Positions 9,930 to 21,070 of a stretch of 64,000 nucleotides of DNA are shown here, in pieces. Within the stretch, counting starts at the first letter, position 1; each line of letters opens with the position of its first letter. The stretch lies in NCBI GenBank assembly GCA_963780225.1, contig CAWAAX010000025.1, positions 13,620 through 77,619 on the forward strand, given 5' to 3'. The position numbers and the translations under genes are program-made. The notes beneath the pieces were generated by a model. That model was not told the origin of the DNA and made no database searches. It was given only the letters and a program-made list of their open reading frames with translations. This DNA comes from an uncultured bacterium. GTDB taxonomy: Bacteria; Edwardsbacteria; AC1; EtOH8.

Positions 9930-12041
9930 ATGAAACGCATGATCTCCCTAACAGCGCTGATAATTTGCTCTTTTACAATTTCTTTTGGGGCAACCCAGAC
10001 CTGGCGGTTGACCAATGATGCATATAAAGACACGTTACCGAAAATTGTGTTTGACAATGCTGGGAATGTGTGGGTTGCTTGGTTATCGAACACGCAATTA
10101 GTTTATAGAAAATATGAAACCAATGTATGGTCAGGGTCTGAAACAATAACCACGGATGGTATTGCCCATAATATTTTCAGTCTTGTTAATGACCGGTTTA
10201 ACAACAAGATATGGGCAACCTATGACAGTGAAGGTTATGTGCTCTCAAAGACATATACTGGCAACTGGTCGCCGCCTTTTTATATTTCAGATGACGCGTA
10301 TTTAAACACCTTTAGTTGGCATCGGGCCTTGTTTTCTTGTGCCGACACGATAGGGAATGTACATTTTTTATGGTGCGCGCTAGTACCTAATTTCTTTCAC
10401 CAGGCAATTTTTTTAAGAAGTTATCATAATGCTGTGCGGGATACGATCGAGAAGATCACAACGTCCAATACAACGATAGATTTACATTACCTTTTTGATG
10501 CAATAGCAGTTCCTTCTCAACGGCCGCTGGTGCTGGATAGCAATGAAAGCTATACCCAAGACTGGCGTACACAAGCGACGCGAATATACCAGTATAAACT
10601 CAATAATTTCTGGTCTACAAGCACTGTTGTTTACTTTTTTGTAGTTTCTGAGGGACTATACTATGGTGAACATAATAAACCGATCGGTCTGAGGTTTATT
10701 GATGGACAAAACGCGTTGGTAGCATATACTACTGGCGGCTTGGGTACGGGGCAGGACTCCCTGTGGTGCAAGAAGTATAATTTAATAACGGGTCTTTTCG
10801 ACACGGCGTATTCTGTACAAATAGGCCAATATGTTCATTCGGGCGCTTTCAGTAAAACAGGGAGAGCTACGATTGCCTGGAGCAACAGCCACGGAATCTA
10901 TCTCAATGAATACGGCGACACAGCCTGGTCGGCTTCGCCGGTGAGGATCTCGGACACTCTTCTGCAAAATTGCATCAATCCGGATATCGAGATCCGGAAT
11001 GACAGCACCATTTGGGTGTGCTACCAGAACGACGGGGATATATACATTACTATGTTAGGCGAACCCGATTCAATCCCTCCTGCCGCGATAACTACATTAA
11101 ATGCGATTTTACCAACTTGTTTGACAATAACCCTGCAATGGACAGCGGTCGGGGATGACAGTGTCCTCGGGAGAGCAAATAGCTATGATATTCGGTATTC
11201 CACAGCGGTTATCAGCGATTCAACGTGGGGAAGCGCAACAAATGTAACCGGCGAACCAACACCCCAACAGTCTGGATTGCTTGAACACTACATTGTAACT
11301 GGGTTGGAACCGGGGACAAAATATTATTTTGCAATCAAGGTTGCGGATAGAGTTTCAAACATATCGGAATTATCAAATGTCGCCAGCAGTACAACATCGC
11401 TGGATACGACGGCCCCTGCCGCGACAACTACTTTATGCGATAGTTTGATCACGGCAACTACGGTTGTGCTTAAATGGATCGCAGTAGGTGATGATGGTCT
11501 GGTTGGCCAAGCATCGACATATGATCTTAGGTATTCAACGACGTTTATTGATTCATCGTGTTGGACAAATGCAAATATAGTCGTCGGTCTAAAGTCTCCT
11601 CATGTTTCTGGCGCATTGGAATCATTTCTCGTAACCGACCTGATACCGAATACCAGCTACTATTTTGGGTTGAAAGCTGCCGATGAAGTTTACAATGTTT
11701 CGGGTTTATCAAATATCATCAGTTGTAAAACACCTGCCGTGCCTGACACCACAACCTCACCAACTGGCATAGTATCGACGTTACAAGATGATTTCAAGGT
11801 ATGGCCAAATCCAGCAAGTCAGTTCATTACCATTTATTGTTGTTTAGGACAAAACCAGCCTGCCATGGCATTTGTTTATAATATATATGGCGAGCAAGTC
11901 AAGAAGCTCTATATAAATGGACCAACAACATCTGGGTCACTGATTAATGATGCCGGCAAGCCGCTTTCGACAGGTGTTTACTTCATACGGTTACAGTCAG
12001 GCGGACGAGCAGTAATTAAAAGAATTTCTATCATAAAGTAA
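9930..12041 (+). CDS. Secreted protein with two fibronectin type III domains and a T9SS-type C-terminal domain; low GC
   Basis: Signal peptide MKRMISLTALIICSFTISFG; two D..P.A.T.L..L.W.AVGDD..G.A..YD.RYST repeats; ends KVWPNPAS..VYNIYGEQVK..GVYFIRL. Confidence 0.85.
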   Translation: MKRMISLTALIICSFTISFGATQTWRLTNDAYKDTLPKIVFDNAGNVWVAWLSNTQLVYRKYETNVWSGSETITTDGIAHNIFSLVNDRFNNKIWATYDSEGYVLSKTYTGNWSPPFYISDDAYLNTFSWHRALFSCADTIGNVHFLWCALVPNFFHQAIFLRSYHNAVRDTIEKITTSNTTIDLHYLFDAIAVPSQRPLVLDSNESYTQDWRTQATRIYQYKLNNFWSTSTVVYFFVVSEGLYYGEHNKPIGLRFIDGQNALVAYTTGGLGTGQDSLWCKKYNLITGLFDTAYSVQIGQYVHSGAFSKTGRATIAWSNSHGIYLNEYGDTAWSASPVRISDTLLQNCINPDIEIRNDSTIWVCYQNDGDIYITMLGEPDSIPPAAITTLNAILPTCLTITLQWTAVGDDSVLGRANSYDIRYSTAVISDSTWGSATNVTGEPTPQQSGLLEHYIVTGLEPGTKYYFAIKVADRVSNISELSNVASSTTSLDTTAPAATTTLCDSLITATTVVLKWIAVGDDGLVGQASTYDLRYSTTFIDSSCWTNANIVVGLKSPHVSGALESFLVTDLIPNTSYYFGLKAADEVYNVSGLSNIISCKTPAVPDTTTSPTGIVSTLQDDFKVWPNPASQFITIYCCLGQNQPAMAFVYNIYGEQVKKLYINGPTTSGSLINDAGKPLSTGVYFIRLQSGGRAVIKRISIIK

Positions 12042-12046
12042 GAACT

Positions 12047-13018
12047 ATGAGATTTCCCAAGGGCCGCGCGGTGCTACAGAATGCCAAGCTTGAATTTGTG
12101 CATCTGGACAACGTTTTGGCCGACAACAAAAAAGAACGGGCCAGCAAGATCTCGGGCTACCTGGAGATAGTCTATCCCGATGCGGTGGAGTTTCTGTATC
12201 TCAAAAAGGGTGAGCCGGTCAACGCCGGGCATTTCAACCGTTCCGGCAGGAAGCAGATGTCGGTAGCCGAGGTGATAGAGAAAGCCAAGACATCCACCAC
12301 CGGAACCATCTCCATCTACGAAACTCCGGAGGAGCTGGTGGACATGATCATGGCCACCTTCAGCATCAAGCCGGCCTTCAAGAACCTGGACCTGGCCACG
12401 GTGGATACCGAAAAGGTCTTCGAAAAACTTACCGGAGTCAAGTTCGACGGTTTCCTGGAGATCAAACGGGGTTTCGATATATCCTATCTTCGCTTCAAGG
12501 AGGGAGCGCCCTGCTCCGGATATTTCACCTGGAAGGTAGAGAGCCTGGAGTTGGAGGTGATCAAGGCCGCCCTAAAACAGGCGGCCACCGGTCCGGGGGC
12601 GGTGGTGGTCGACGCCTTCGACAAGATCCCCGTCATGGCCGAGCAGGCCAGCCAGGCCCAGGTCTCCCTGTTCCTGAACGCCATCAACAAGATAGTGAGC
12701 GAGCTCAAACTGATCGCCGGGCCCACCGTGGTCGGCAAGACCCTGACCTCGTCCAAGGAATCGGCCACGGTGCATTACCCGTTTTTGAACGACTTTGATA
12801 CCGCCGCCGGAGAAGCCAAAGAGAACGGCAAGATAGTGGCCACCCCCGAGGAATTGGGCAAGGCCTTCGCCGAGTGGATAGACAATTTCGTGGACTCCTT
12901 TAGGGTGGTGCTGGGAAAGCGTTTGGATGGAGTGGTGCAGGTGGCCTTAAAGGATTTCCGGTTTGCCCTAAAAGCCTCCAGCTTCGGACGGCACTCCAAG
13001 CTCAAGGATCTGCTCTAA
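12047..13018 (+). CDS. Hypothetical protein with a duplicated DUF4388/PATAN-like module
   Basis: ISGYLEI..FLYLKKGEP and FDGFLEI..YLRFKEGAP internal repeat; host-like codon usage. Confidence 0.6.
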   Translation: MRFPKGRAVLQNAKLEFVHLDNVLADNKKERASKISGYLEIVYPDAVEFLYLKKGEPVNAGHFNRSGRKQMSVAEVIEKAKTSTTGTISIYETPEELVDMIMATFSIKPAFKNLDLATVDTEKVFEKLTGVKFDGFLEIKRGFDISYLRFKEGAPCSGYFTWKVESLELEVIKAALKQAATGPGAVVVDAFDKIPVMAEQASQAQVSLFLNAINKIVSELKLIAGPTVVGKTLTSSKESATVHYPFLNDFDTAAGEAKENGKIVATPEELGKAFAEWIDNFVDSFRVVLGKRLDGVVQVALKDFRFALKASSFGRHSKLKDLL

Positions 13019-13022
13019 CCAA

Positions 13023-13090
13023 TGTTTGAACGTTTGCCACCGCCGCTGGCGGGGTGCCTCCAACGGAGGCAAAACGTTTAAAAGGTTCAC
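13023..13090. repeat. Short nested hairpin cluster
   Basis: CCGCC-GCT-GGCGG and TGCCTCC-AAC-GGAGGCA between AACGTTT..AAACGTT. Confidence 0.5.
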
Positions 13091-13093
13091 AAT

Positions 13094-13771
13094 ATGACAG
13101 GCATTTTGTATTTAGTGGCCACGCCTATCGGCAATCTGGAGGACATTACCCTCAGGGCCCTAAGGGTCCTCAAGGAAGTTGACCTGATTGCGGCCGAGGA
13201 CACCAGGCATACCGGCCAGTTGCTGAAACATTTTGACATCAAAAAACCATTGTGCTCTTTTTATTCCCACAACCAGGACCGGAGATCGCCGGAGCTGGTG
13301 GAAAAACTTCTGGCCGGACAACAGGTGGCCCTGGTGACCGACGCCGGGACCCCCGGGATCAGCGACCCGGCGGTGAGTCTGGTGGCCCAGGCGGTCAAGG
13401 CCGGGATCAGGATAGTGCCCATCCCCGGCGCCACCGCGCTGATCTCCGCCCTGGTCTGCTCCGGGCTGGACCCCAGCCGGTTCCTGTTCCTGGGATTCCT
13501 GCCCGTAAAGTCCGGTAAAAGGGCCAGGCTGCTGGAAGAACTCAAGGAAGGCTCCGCCACTTTGGTGATGTACGAGTCGCCGCACCGAATATCCAAAACT
13601 TTGGCCGATTTGGCGGCAGCCTTTGCTCCGCGCCAGGCGGTATTGGGCCGGGAGCTCACCAAAATGTTTGAGGAATTTGAACGGGGCGATATCGCCGAGC
13701 TGGCCCATACGTATCAAACCAAAAAGCCCCGGGGAGAATATGTAATTGTTATTGCCGGAAAGGTAGGATGA
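13094..13771 (+). CDS. rsmI: 16S rRNA (cytidine1402-2'-O)-methyltransferase
   Basis: LYLVATPIGNLEDITLRAL, AEDTRHT, DAGTPGISDP, YESPHRI, RELTKMFEE. Confidence 0.96.
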   Translation: MTGILYLVATPIGNLEDITLRALRVLKEVDLIAAEDTRHTGQLLKHFDIKKPLCSFYSHNQDRRSPELVEKLLAGQQVALVTDAGTPGISDPAVSLVAQAVKAGIRIVPIPGATALISALVCSGLDPSRFLFLGFLPVKSGKRARLLEELKEGSATLVMYESPHRISKTLADLAAAFAPRQAVLGRELTKMFEEFERGDIAELAHTYQTKKPRGEYVIVIAGKVG

Positions 13772-13774
13772 ATA

Positions 13775-14389
13775 ATGTTTCCCAAATGGTTGAATAACGG
13801 TTTTGTCAATCTGTTTACCCCGTTCATCAATTTCTTTGTCAAAGCCAAGGTCAAGGCCAACTGGCTGACCACGGCCGGATTCATATTCGGTCTGGGGGCC
13901 GGGGCGCTGTTTGCCTCCGACCATTTTTTCTGGGGCGGTCTGGTGGGTCTGCTGTCCGCCATTTGCGATGCCATCGACGGCTCGCTGGCCCGGCGTTCGG
14001 GCAACGTTACCAAGTTCGGGATGTTCTACGACTCGGTGCTGGACCGCTATTCCGAGCTGGCCATGTTCATCGGCCTTTCCTATTTCTATTCCACCAAGGC
14101 CATGTGGCTGCAGGCCCTGCTGACCGACTTGGCCCTGGTGGGATCGCTGATGGTCAGCTACACCCGGGCCCGGGCCGAGGGGCTGGGGGAGGACTGCAAG
14201 GTGGGCATCATGGAGCGCCCGGAGCGGATCGCGGTGATCCTGACCGGCACTTTTTTCACCGGGGTTTTTGACAAACACTGGATATTCACCGGGGCCCTGT
14301 GGATCCTGGCCATATTCACCAACATCACGGCCATCCAGAGGATAATGCATGTCCGGGCCAGGACCAAAGACCAGATACTTCCTTCGTAA
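13775..14389 (+). CDS. CDP-alcohol phosphatidyltransferase, phosphatidylinositol-phosphate synthase-like
   Basis: DAIDGSLAR..G..YDSVLDRYSE signature; SLMVSYTRARAEGLG..VGIMERPER; adjacent to ino1. Confidence 0.88.
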   Translation: MFPKWLNNGFVNLFTPFINFFVKAKVKANWLTTAGFIFGLGAGALFASDHFFWGGLVGLLSAICDAIDGSLARRSGNVTKFGMFYDSVLDRYSELAMFIGLSYFYSTKAMWLQALLTDLALVGSLMVSYTRARAEGLGEDCKVGIMERPERIAVILTGTFFTGVFDKHWIFTGALWILAIFTNITAIQRIMHVRARTKDQILPS

Positions 14390-14437
14390 TCAAACAAGCA
14401 AATAAATATAAAATATTAGTTTTTCAGAAAGGACCAC

Positions 14438-15571
14438 ATGAAAAAGAGCATTGCCAAGAAAACGATCAAACCAGCCGTCAAAAACGCCGGCTCGCGCAAG
14501 GTCCGGGTGGCCATCATCGGAGTGGGCAACTGCGCCTCCTCCTTCGTGCAGGGCGTCCATTATTACCGGAACGCCAAGCCCAGCGACAAGGTTCCCGGAC
14601 TGATGCACGTCAACCTGGGCGGCTACCACATCTCGGACATCGAATTCTCGGCCGCCATCGACATCGACAAGAACAAAGTGGGCAAGGACCTGGCCACCGC
14701 CATCTACACCAAACCCAACAACACCCTCAAATTCTGCCAGGTGCCCAAGAGCGGGATCACCGTCCAGCGCGGCATGCTGCACGACGGCCTAGGCAAATAC
14801 CTCTCCCAGATCATCCAGAAGGCCCCGGGCTCCACGGTGGACATCGTCAAGCTGCTGCAGGACACCAAGACCGACGTGGTGGTCAGCTACCTGCCGGTGG
14901 GATCGGAAGAGGCCACCAAGTGGTACGTGGAGCAGATCCTGGAAGCCAAGTGCGGATTCGTCAACTGCATCCCGGTGTTCATAGCCCGCGAGCAGTACTG
15001 GTCCAACCGATTCAAGAAGGCCGGAGTGCCCTGCATCGGCGACGACATCAAATCGCAGGTGGGGGCCACCATCACCCACCGGGTGCTGACCCGTCTGTTC
15101 ATGGATCGCGGGGTCAAGCTTTTAAGAACCTATCAGCTGAATTTCGGCGGCAACACCGACTTCCTGAACATGCTGGAGCGGGAGCGGCTGGAGTCCAAGA
15201 AGATATCCAAGACCAACGCCGTCACCTCGATGCTGGATTACAAGATGGATCCCGACGACATCCACGTCGGCCCCTCCGATTACGTGCCCTGGCTGTTGGA
15301 CCGCAAGTACTGCCACATCAAGATGGAAGGGCAAACCTTCGGCGACGTGCCGCTGAACCTGGAGATGAAGCTGGAAGTCTGGGATTCGCCCAACTCGGCC
15401 GGGGTGGTGATCGACGCGGTGCGCTGCGCCAAGCTGGCCATGGACCACAAGCTTTCCGGGACCATGCTGGAGCCCTCCAGCTATTTCATGAAGTCGCCCA
15501 TGGTGCAGGTGCATGACGACCAGGCCCAGCGGAACGTGGAAGAGTACATCAAGAGACTGGGACGGAAATAA
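14438..15571 (+). CDS. ino1: myo-inositol-1-phosphate synthase
   Basis: [68 protein letters not shown]. Confidence 0.97.
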   Translation: MKKSIAKKTIKPAVKNAGSRKVRVAIIGVGNCASSFVQGVHYYRNAKPSDKVPGLMHVNLGGYHISDIEFSAAIDIDKNKVGKDLATAIYTKPNNTLKFCQVPKSGITVQRGMLHDGLGKYLSQIIQKAPGSTVDIVKLLQDTKTDVVVSYLPVGSEEATKWYVEQILEAKCGFVNCIPVFIAREQYWSNRFKKAGVPCIGDDIKSQVGATITHRVLTRLFMDRGVKLLRTYQLNFGGNTDFLNMLERERLESKKISKTNAVTSMLDYKMDPDDIHVGPSDYVPWLLDRKYCHIKMEGQTFGDVPLNLEMKLEVWDSPNSAGVVIDAVRCAKLAMDHKLSGTMLEPSSYFMKSPMVQVHDDQAQRNVEEYIKRLGRK

Positions 15572-15574
15572 CCA

Positions 15575-15702
15575 AAAGACTAAAAACTAAATTCTAAACT
15601 CTAAACAAATTTTAATTTCAAAGATCAAATAGCTGGTAGTTTAATGCTTCGTATTTATTGCTTTGGGCTTGTTTAGGGTTTAGTGATTGTGTTTTAGAGT
15701 TT
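15575..15702. repeat. Inverted pair of 7-nt periodic tracts
   Basis: AAAGACT-AAAAACT-AAATTCT-AAACTCT-AAACAA (15575-15608) matches the reverse complement of 15669-15702 at 25/34 positions. Confidence 0.75.
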
Positions 15703-15714
15703 ACAGAATATTGT

Positions 15715-16347
15715 ATGCAAAAAAGTAAAGGGCTGTTCGTCAGCTTTGAGGGCATCGAGGGCTGCGGGAAGACCACCCAGGCCATGCTCCTGGCCAAGTG
15801 GCTGAAGAGCCGGGGACATCAGGTCATAGTCACCCGGGAGCCGGGCGGGACGCCCCTGGCCGAGAAGATCCGCAAGGTGCTGCTGGACAGCAGGAACCAC
15901 CAAATGTCCCCGCTGACCGAACTGCTGCTGCTGCAGGCTTCGCGGGCTCAGCACCTGGCCCAGGTGATAATCCCAGCGCTGAAGGCCGGCCAGATAGTGG
16001 TCTGCGACCGCTTCGCCGATTCCTCCACCGCCTACCAGGGCTACGGCCGGGGGATGGACCTGGAGATGGTGAAACAGCTGAACCAGATAGCGGTGGACGG
16101 CTGCTGGCCCAGCCTGACCCTGGTCTTTGACCTGCCGGTGGAACAGGGCTTTGCCCGGGCTTCCAAAAGGAAGCGGGCCCTGGACCGGATGGAAAAACAA
16201 GAGAAAGCCTTTCACCAAAAAGTGCGGCGGGGCTTTCTGGCCATAGCCAAAGCCGAACCGGACAGGGTAAAGGTGCTGGACGGAAGTTTTCCTCCGGACG
16301 TGATCCAGGCCGCAGTCCGGCAGTTGGTGCTGGGAAGGCTGAAGTAG
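15715..16347 (+). CDS. tmk: Thymidylate kinase
   Basis: FVSFEGIEGCGKTTQ, TREPGGT, CDRFADSSTAYQGYGRG. Confidence 0.97.
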   Translation: MQKSKGLFVSFEGIEGCGKTTQAMLLAKWLKSRGHQVIVTREPGGTPLAEKIRKVLLDSRNHQMSPLTELLLLQASRAQHLAQVIIPALKAGQIVVCDRFADSSTAYQGYGRGMDLEMVKQLNQIAVDGCWPSLTLVFDLPVEQGFARASKRKRALDRMEKQEKAFHQKVRRGFLAIAKAEPDRVKVLDGSFPPDVIQAAVRQLVLGRLK

Positions 16348-16394
16348 ACCATTCCCGGCAAACTTAAGCCAAGTTCAAAAAGGATCCGACAAAT

Positions 16395-18059
<1,665 letters not shown>

Positions 18060-18140
18060 GATCAGAGCCTGTCATATTTACCCAAGGGGACAAGATCAAC
18101 ATGATTCGCTAACAAGAAAACCTATCGCTATATCCAGACA

Positions 18141-18244
18141 ATAAGGACACGGCTCGCCGTGTCTCAACCGATAATAAATGTAAGGGCAATTCACTCGTCC
18201 GACGAAGCCTTTAATGGCGGCGCAGTAGGATGAATTGCCCCAAC
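18141..18244 (+). repeat. REP doublet; the second palindrome is interrupted by a 37-nt insert
   Basis: GACACGGC-TC-GCCGTGTC, then GTAAGGGCAATTCA[18194-18230]TGAATTGCCCCAAC; intact copy at 29892-29919. Confidence 0.8.
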
Positions 18245-18261
18245 CCCAACCAGGAGAAACA

Positions 18262-18888
18262 ATGGGCTTCAGCCTGATACCCAAGGAAGTGCAATTCTTT
18301 GACCTGTTCGACAAGCAGGCCGAGATCATCACCATCGCCGCCGCCCATTTCAGGGAAATGGCCGAAAAGGGGCAGTTCGACGACGCCAACATCGAAAAGA
18401 TGAGCGACATCGAGCACAGCTGCGACCTGATCACCCACGACATCATCGACAAGCTCAACCGCTGTTTCATCACCCCCTTTGACCGGGAGGACATTTACGC
18501 CCTGGCCCACGAACTGGACGACCTGGTGGACATGATCTATTCGGTATCCAAGCGGATGCGGATGTACAAACTGAACACCGTCAACAAGGACATGGTCCAG
18601 TTTTCCTTGCTGATCCAGCAGTCGGCCTGCGCCCTGGCCAAGGCCCTCAGCGGCCTGCGCCACAGCAAGCACCACAAGCCGATCCTGGTCAGCTGCATCG
18701 AGATCAACCGGTTGGAGAACGAGGGCGACCACCTGCGGGACACGGTGATCGGCAGCCTGTTCGACAATTCCACCGACCCCATCGCCACCATCAAGTGGAA
18801 GGAGACCTTTGAGGGGGCCGAGACCTGCCTGGACATCTGCGAGGACGTGGCCAATATCATCGAATCCATCCTGGTGAAGAACAGCTGA
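18262..18888 (+). CDS. DUF47 / PhoU-like Pit accessory protein
   Basis: FITPFDREDIYALAHELDD, INRLENEGD; upstream of pit; RBS AGGAG. Confidence 0.92.
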   Translation: MGFSLIPKEVQFFDLFDKQAEIITIAAAHFREMAEKGQFDDANIEKMSDIEHSCDLITHDIIDKLNRCFITPFDREDIYALAHELDDLVDMIYSVSKRMRMYKLNTVNKDMVQFSLLIQQSACALAKALSGLRHSKHHKPILVSCIEINRLENEGDHLRDTVIGSLFDNSTDPIATIKWKETFEGAETCLDICEDVANIIESILVKNS

Positions 18889-18898
18889 CGCATAAATT

Positions 18899-19894
18899 AT
18901 GACGCCCTTCATATTCTTTCTGATAGTCTTGGCCCTGTTCTTCGATTTCCTGAACGGCTTTCACGACTCGGCCAACTCCATCGCCACCATAGTATCCACC
19001 CGGGTGCTCTCGCCCCGCCATGCGGTGCTTTGGGCGGCCTTCTTCAATTTCATCGCCTTTTTGTTCTTCGGGCTGCACGTGGCCGGGACCATCGGCCGGG
19101 GGATTGTGGACATCGCGGTGATGGATTCCCACATCATCTTCGCCACCCTGATCGGGGCCTGCATCTGGGATCTGATCACCTGGTACGTCGGGCTGCCCAC
19201 CAGCTCCTCCCACGCCCTGATGGGCGGCCTGATAGGGGCGGCCCTGGTGAAGGCCGGAGCCGGTGCCCTGCTTTGGGCGGGGATAATGAAGACGGTGGCC
19301 TTCATCTTCATTTCCCCGGTGCTGGGGATGGCTTTGGGGCTTTTGAACGGAGTGGCGGTGCACTGGATCTTCCGCCGGGCTTCGCCCCGGGACGTAGATC
19401 ATATCTTCCGCAAGGGCCAGCTGGTATCGGCGGCCTTTTACAGCCTGGGGCACGGCGGCAACGACGCCCAAAAGACCATGGGGATCATCGCCGGGCTGCT
19501 GTTCTCGGCCGGGCTTTTGGGCCAGACCTTTCACATCCCCCTGTGGGTGGTGCTTTCCTGCCACGGGGCCATCGCCCTGGGCACCATGTCCGGGGGCTGG
19601 CGGATAGTGAAGACCATGGGGCAGAAAGTGGCCAAGCTGCAGCCGGTAGACGGATTCTGCGCCGAGTTCGGGGCGGCCACCTCTCTGTTCATCTCTTCCT
19701 TCATGGGCGTGCCGGTCAGCACCACCCACACCATCACCGGGGCCATCATGGGGGTGGGCAGCCTGAAACGGATGAGCGCGGTGCGCTGGGGGGTGGCCGG
19801 CCAGATCCTGTGGGCCTGGGTTTTGACCATTCCCTGTGCGGCCGCCATCTCGGCCCTGGCCTATGTGCTGGCCCGGATGTTCATCAAAGCCTGA
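18899..19894 (+). CDS. pit: Inorganic phosphate transporter, PiT family
   Basis: NGFHDSANSIAT, GLPTSSSHAL, HGGNDAQKTMG, PVSTTHTITG. Confidence 0.96.
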   Translation: MTPFIFFLIVLALFFDFLNGFHDSANSIATIVSTRVLSPRHAVLWAAFFNFIAFLFFGLHVAGTIGRGIVDIAVMDSHIIFATLIGACIWDLITWYVGLPTSSSHALMGGLIGAALVKAGAGALLWAGIMKTVAFIFISPVLGMALGLLNGVAVHWIFRRASPRDVDHIFRKGQLVSAAFYSLGHGGNDAQKTMGIIAGLLFSAGLLGQTFHIPLWVVLSCHGAIALGTMSGGWRIVKTMGQKVAKLQPVDGFCAEFGAATSLFISSFMGVPVSTTHTITGAIMGVGSLKRMSAVRWGVAGQILWAWVLTIPCAAAISALAYVLARMFIKA

Positions 19895-19907
19895 TGTCCT
19901 TTTAGTT

Positions 19908-20396
19908 ATGCCGCGCTCTTTGATCATCGACGGATACAACCTGGCCTTCGCCTGGAAAGAGGTTCGGCCCCTGCTGCTGCAGAACCGGCAGAAAGGCCGG
20001 GAGCGGATGCTGGACCTGCTGCGGCGCTATAAGAAAGCCACCGGCCAGGAAGTGCTGGTGGTCTTTGACGGGCCAAAAGAATCATCCCATCCCAGGCAGC
20101 AAACGGTCCAGGGAATCAAGACGGCTTATTCGGCCTTTCCCAAAACGGCTGACGACGACATCCGAAAAAGGGTCCAGGCCTGCAGCGACAAGGGCCGGCT
20201 ACTGGTGGTCAGCTCCGACAATCAGGTGACAGGTTTCGCCCGGAGGCGCAACGTGGAGACCATGGGCTCGGCCGCCTTCGCCCAAAAAGCGGAGCAAATC
20301 CTGGCCGGTTCTTCCCAGGCCGATGAAAAACCTCAGAAGACCGACGTAGCCGACTGGCTGAAGTTCTTTAAGCGGGACAGGAGCATAGAAGATTAG
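19908..20396 (+). CDS. NYN-domain (YacP-like) ribonuclease
   Basis: LIIDGYNL, VVFDG, TADDDI, VVSSD. Confidence 0.85.
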   Translation: MPRSLIIDGYNLAFAWKEVRPLLLQNRQKGRERMLDLLRRYKKATGQEVLVVFDGPKESSHPRQQTVQGIKTAYSAFPKTADDDIRKRVQACSDKGRLLVVSSDNQVTGFARRRNVETMGSAAFAQKAEQILAGSSQADEKPQKTDVADWLKFFKRDRSIED

Positions 20397-20406
20397 GGAC
20401 GATTAT

Positions 20407-20433
20407 TATAAGGAAACCATGAAGGACAGGAAT
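20407..20433 (+). repeat. Half copy of the TATAAGGAAACCA element
   Basis: TATAAGGAAACCATGAAGGACAGGAAT, near-identical to 41628-41653. Confidence 0.65.
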
Positions 20434-20572
20434 TGTTTTATTCAAGTTGTCTGGTGCTCAAGATAAATCATTTTAATCAGCGTTAATCTGCGTCCCGTAA
20501 AATAATCCAGGTTAATTCTCCAATCAGAAAAAACACAGAACGATAAACAACTAAACTCACAGGAGCATCAAA

Positions 20573-20707
20573 ATGGCCAGAAGCAAGAACAAGCAGAAAA
20601 GACAGAGACTTAAATTCAAAATAGCCCGGGTCAAAAAGCAGGAGCGCAAGAAAGTGCTGCACCTGACCGCCAAGGCGGTGAAAAAGACCGCCGCGGTCAA
20701 GAAGTAG
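20573..20707 (+). CDS. 44-aa very basic protein (not in the ORF track)
   Basis: AGGAG RBS at 20561; MARSKNKQKRQRLKFKIARVKKQERKKVLHLTAKAVKKTAAVKK; host-like codons. Confidence 0.7.
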   Translation: MARSKNKQKRQRLKFKIARVKKQERKKVLHLTAKAVKKTAAVKK

Positions 20708-20767
20708 TTTTCCCCAAGGTTTCAGCCACGCCAGGAAAAGAAATAATTTTCTTAAGGAGACATCTCG

Positions 20768-21070
20768 ATGCCGGTAGCAGAGATCAGCGTAACCCCGGTA
20801 GGAACGTTAAGTCCCAGCATCTCCGAGTTTGTGGTGGATGCCATTAGGCTGGCCCGCAGCTCTGGCTTAAAATACGAGATCACGGCCATGGGTACAAATC
20901 TAGAGGGTAACCTGGACGATATCCTGGCGGTGGCCCAGGCCATGCACCAGAAATGCCTGCTTTCCGGGGCCTTAAGAGTATCAACCATCATCAGGATAGA
21001 CGACCGGGTGGACAAGGTGCTTTCCCTGGAAAGTAAGAAAGAGGCGGTACGCAAGGGTCTGCTTGGATGA
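20768..21070 (+). CDS. MTH1187/YkoF-family thiamine-binding protein
   Basis: AEISVTPVG, SGLKYEITAMGTNLEG, RVSTIIRIDDRVDK. Confidence 0.9.
   Translation: MPVAEISVTPVGTLSPSISEFVVDAIRLARSSGLKYEITAMGTNLEGNLDDILAVAQAMHQKCLLSGALRVSTIIRIDDRVDKVLSLESKKEAVRKGLLG

Noticed and set aside
14299-15516. 405-aa alternate-frame ORF over ino1 (likewise 13160-14350, 18857-19939, 46801-47727)
   Set aside because: Arg/Gly/Pro-rich shadow frames of well-supported genes.
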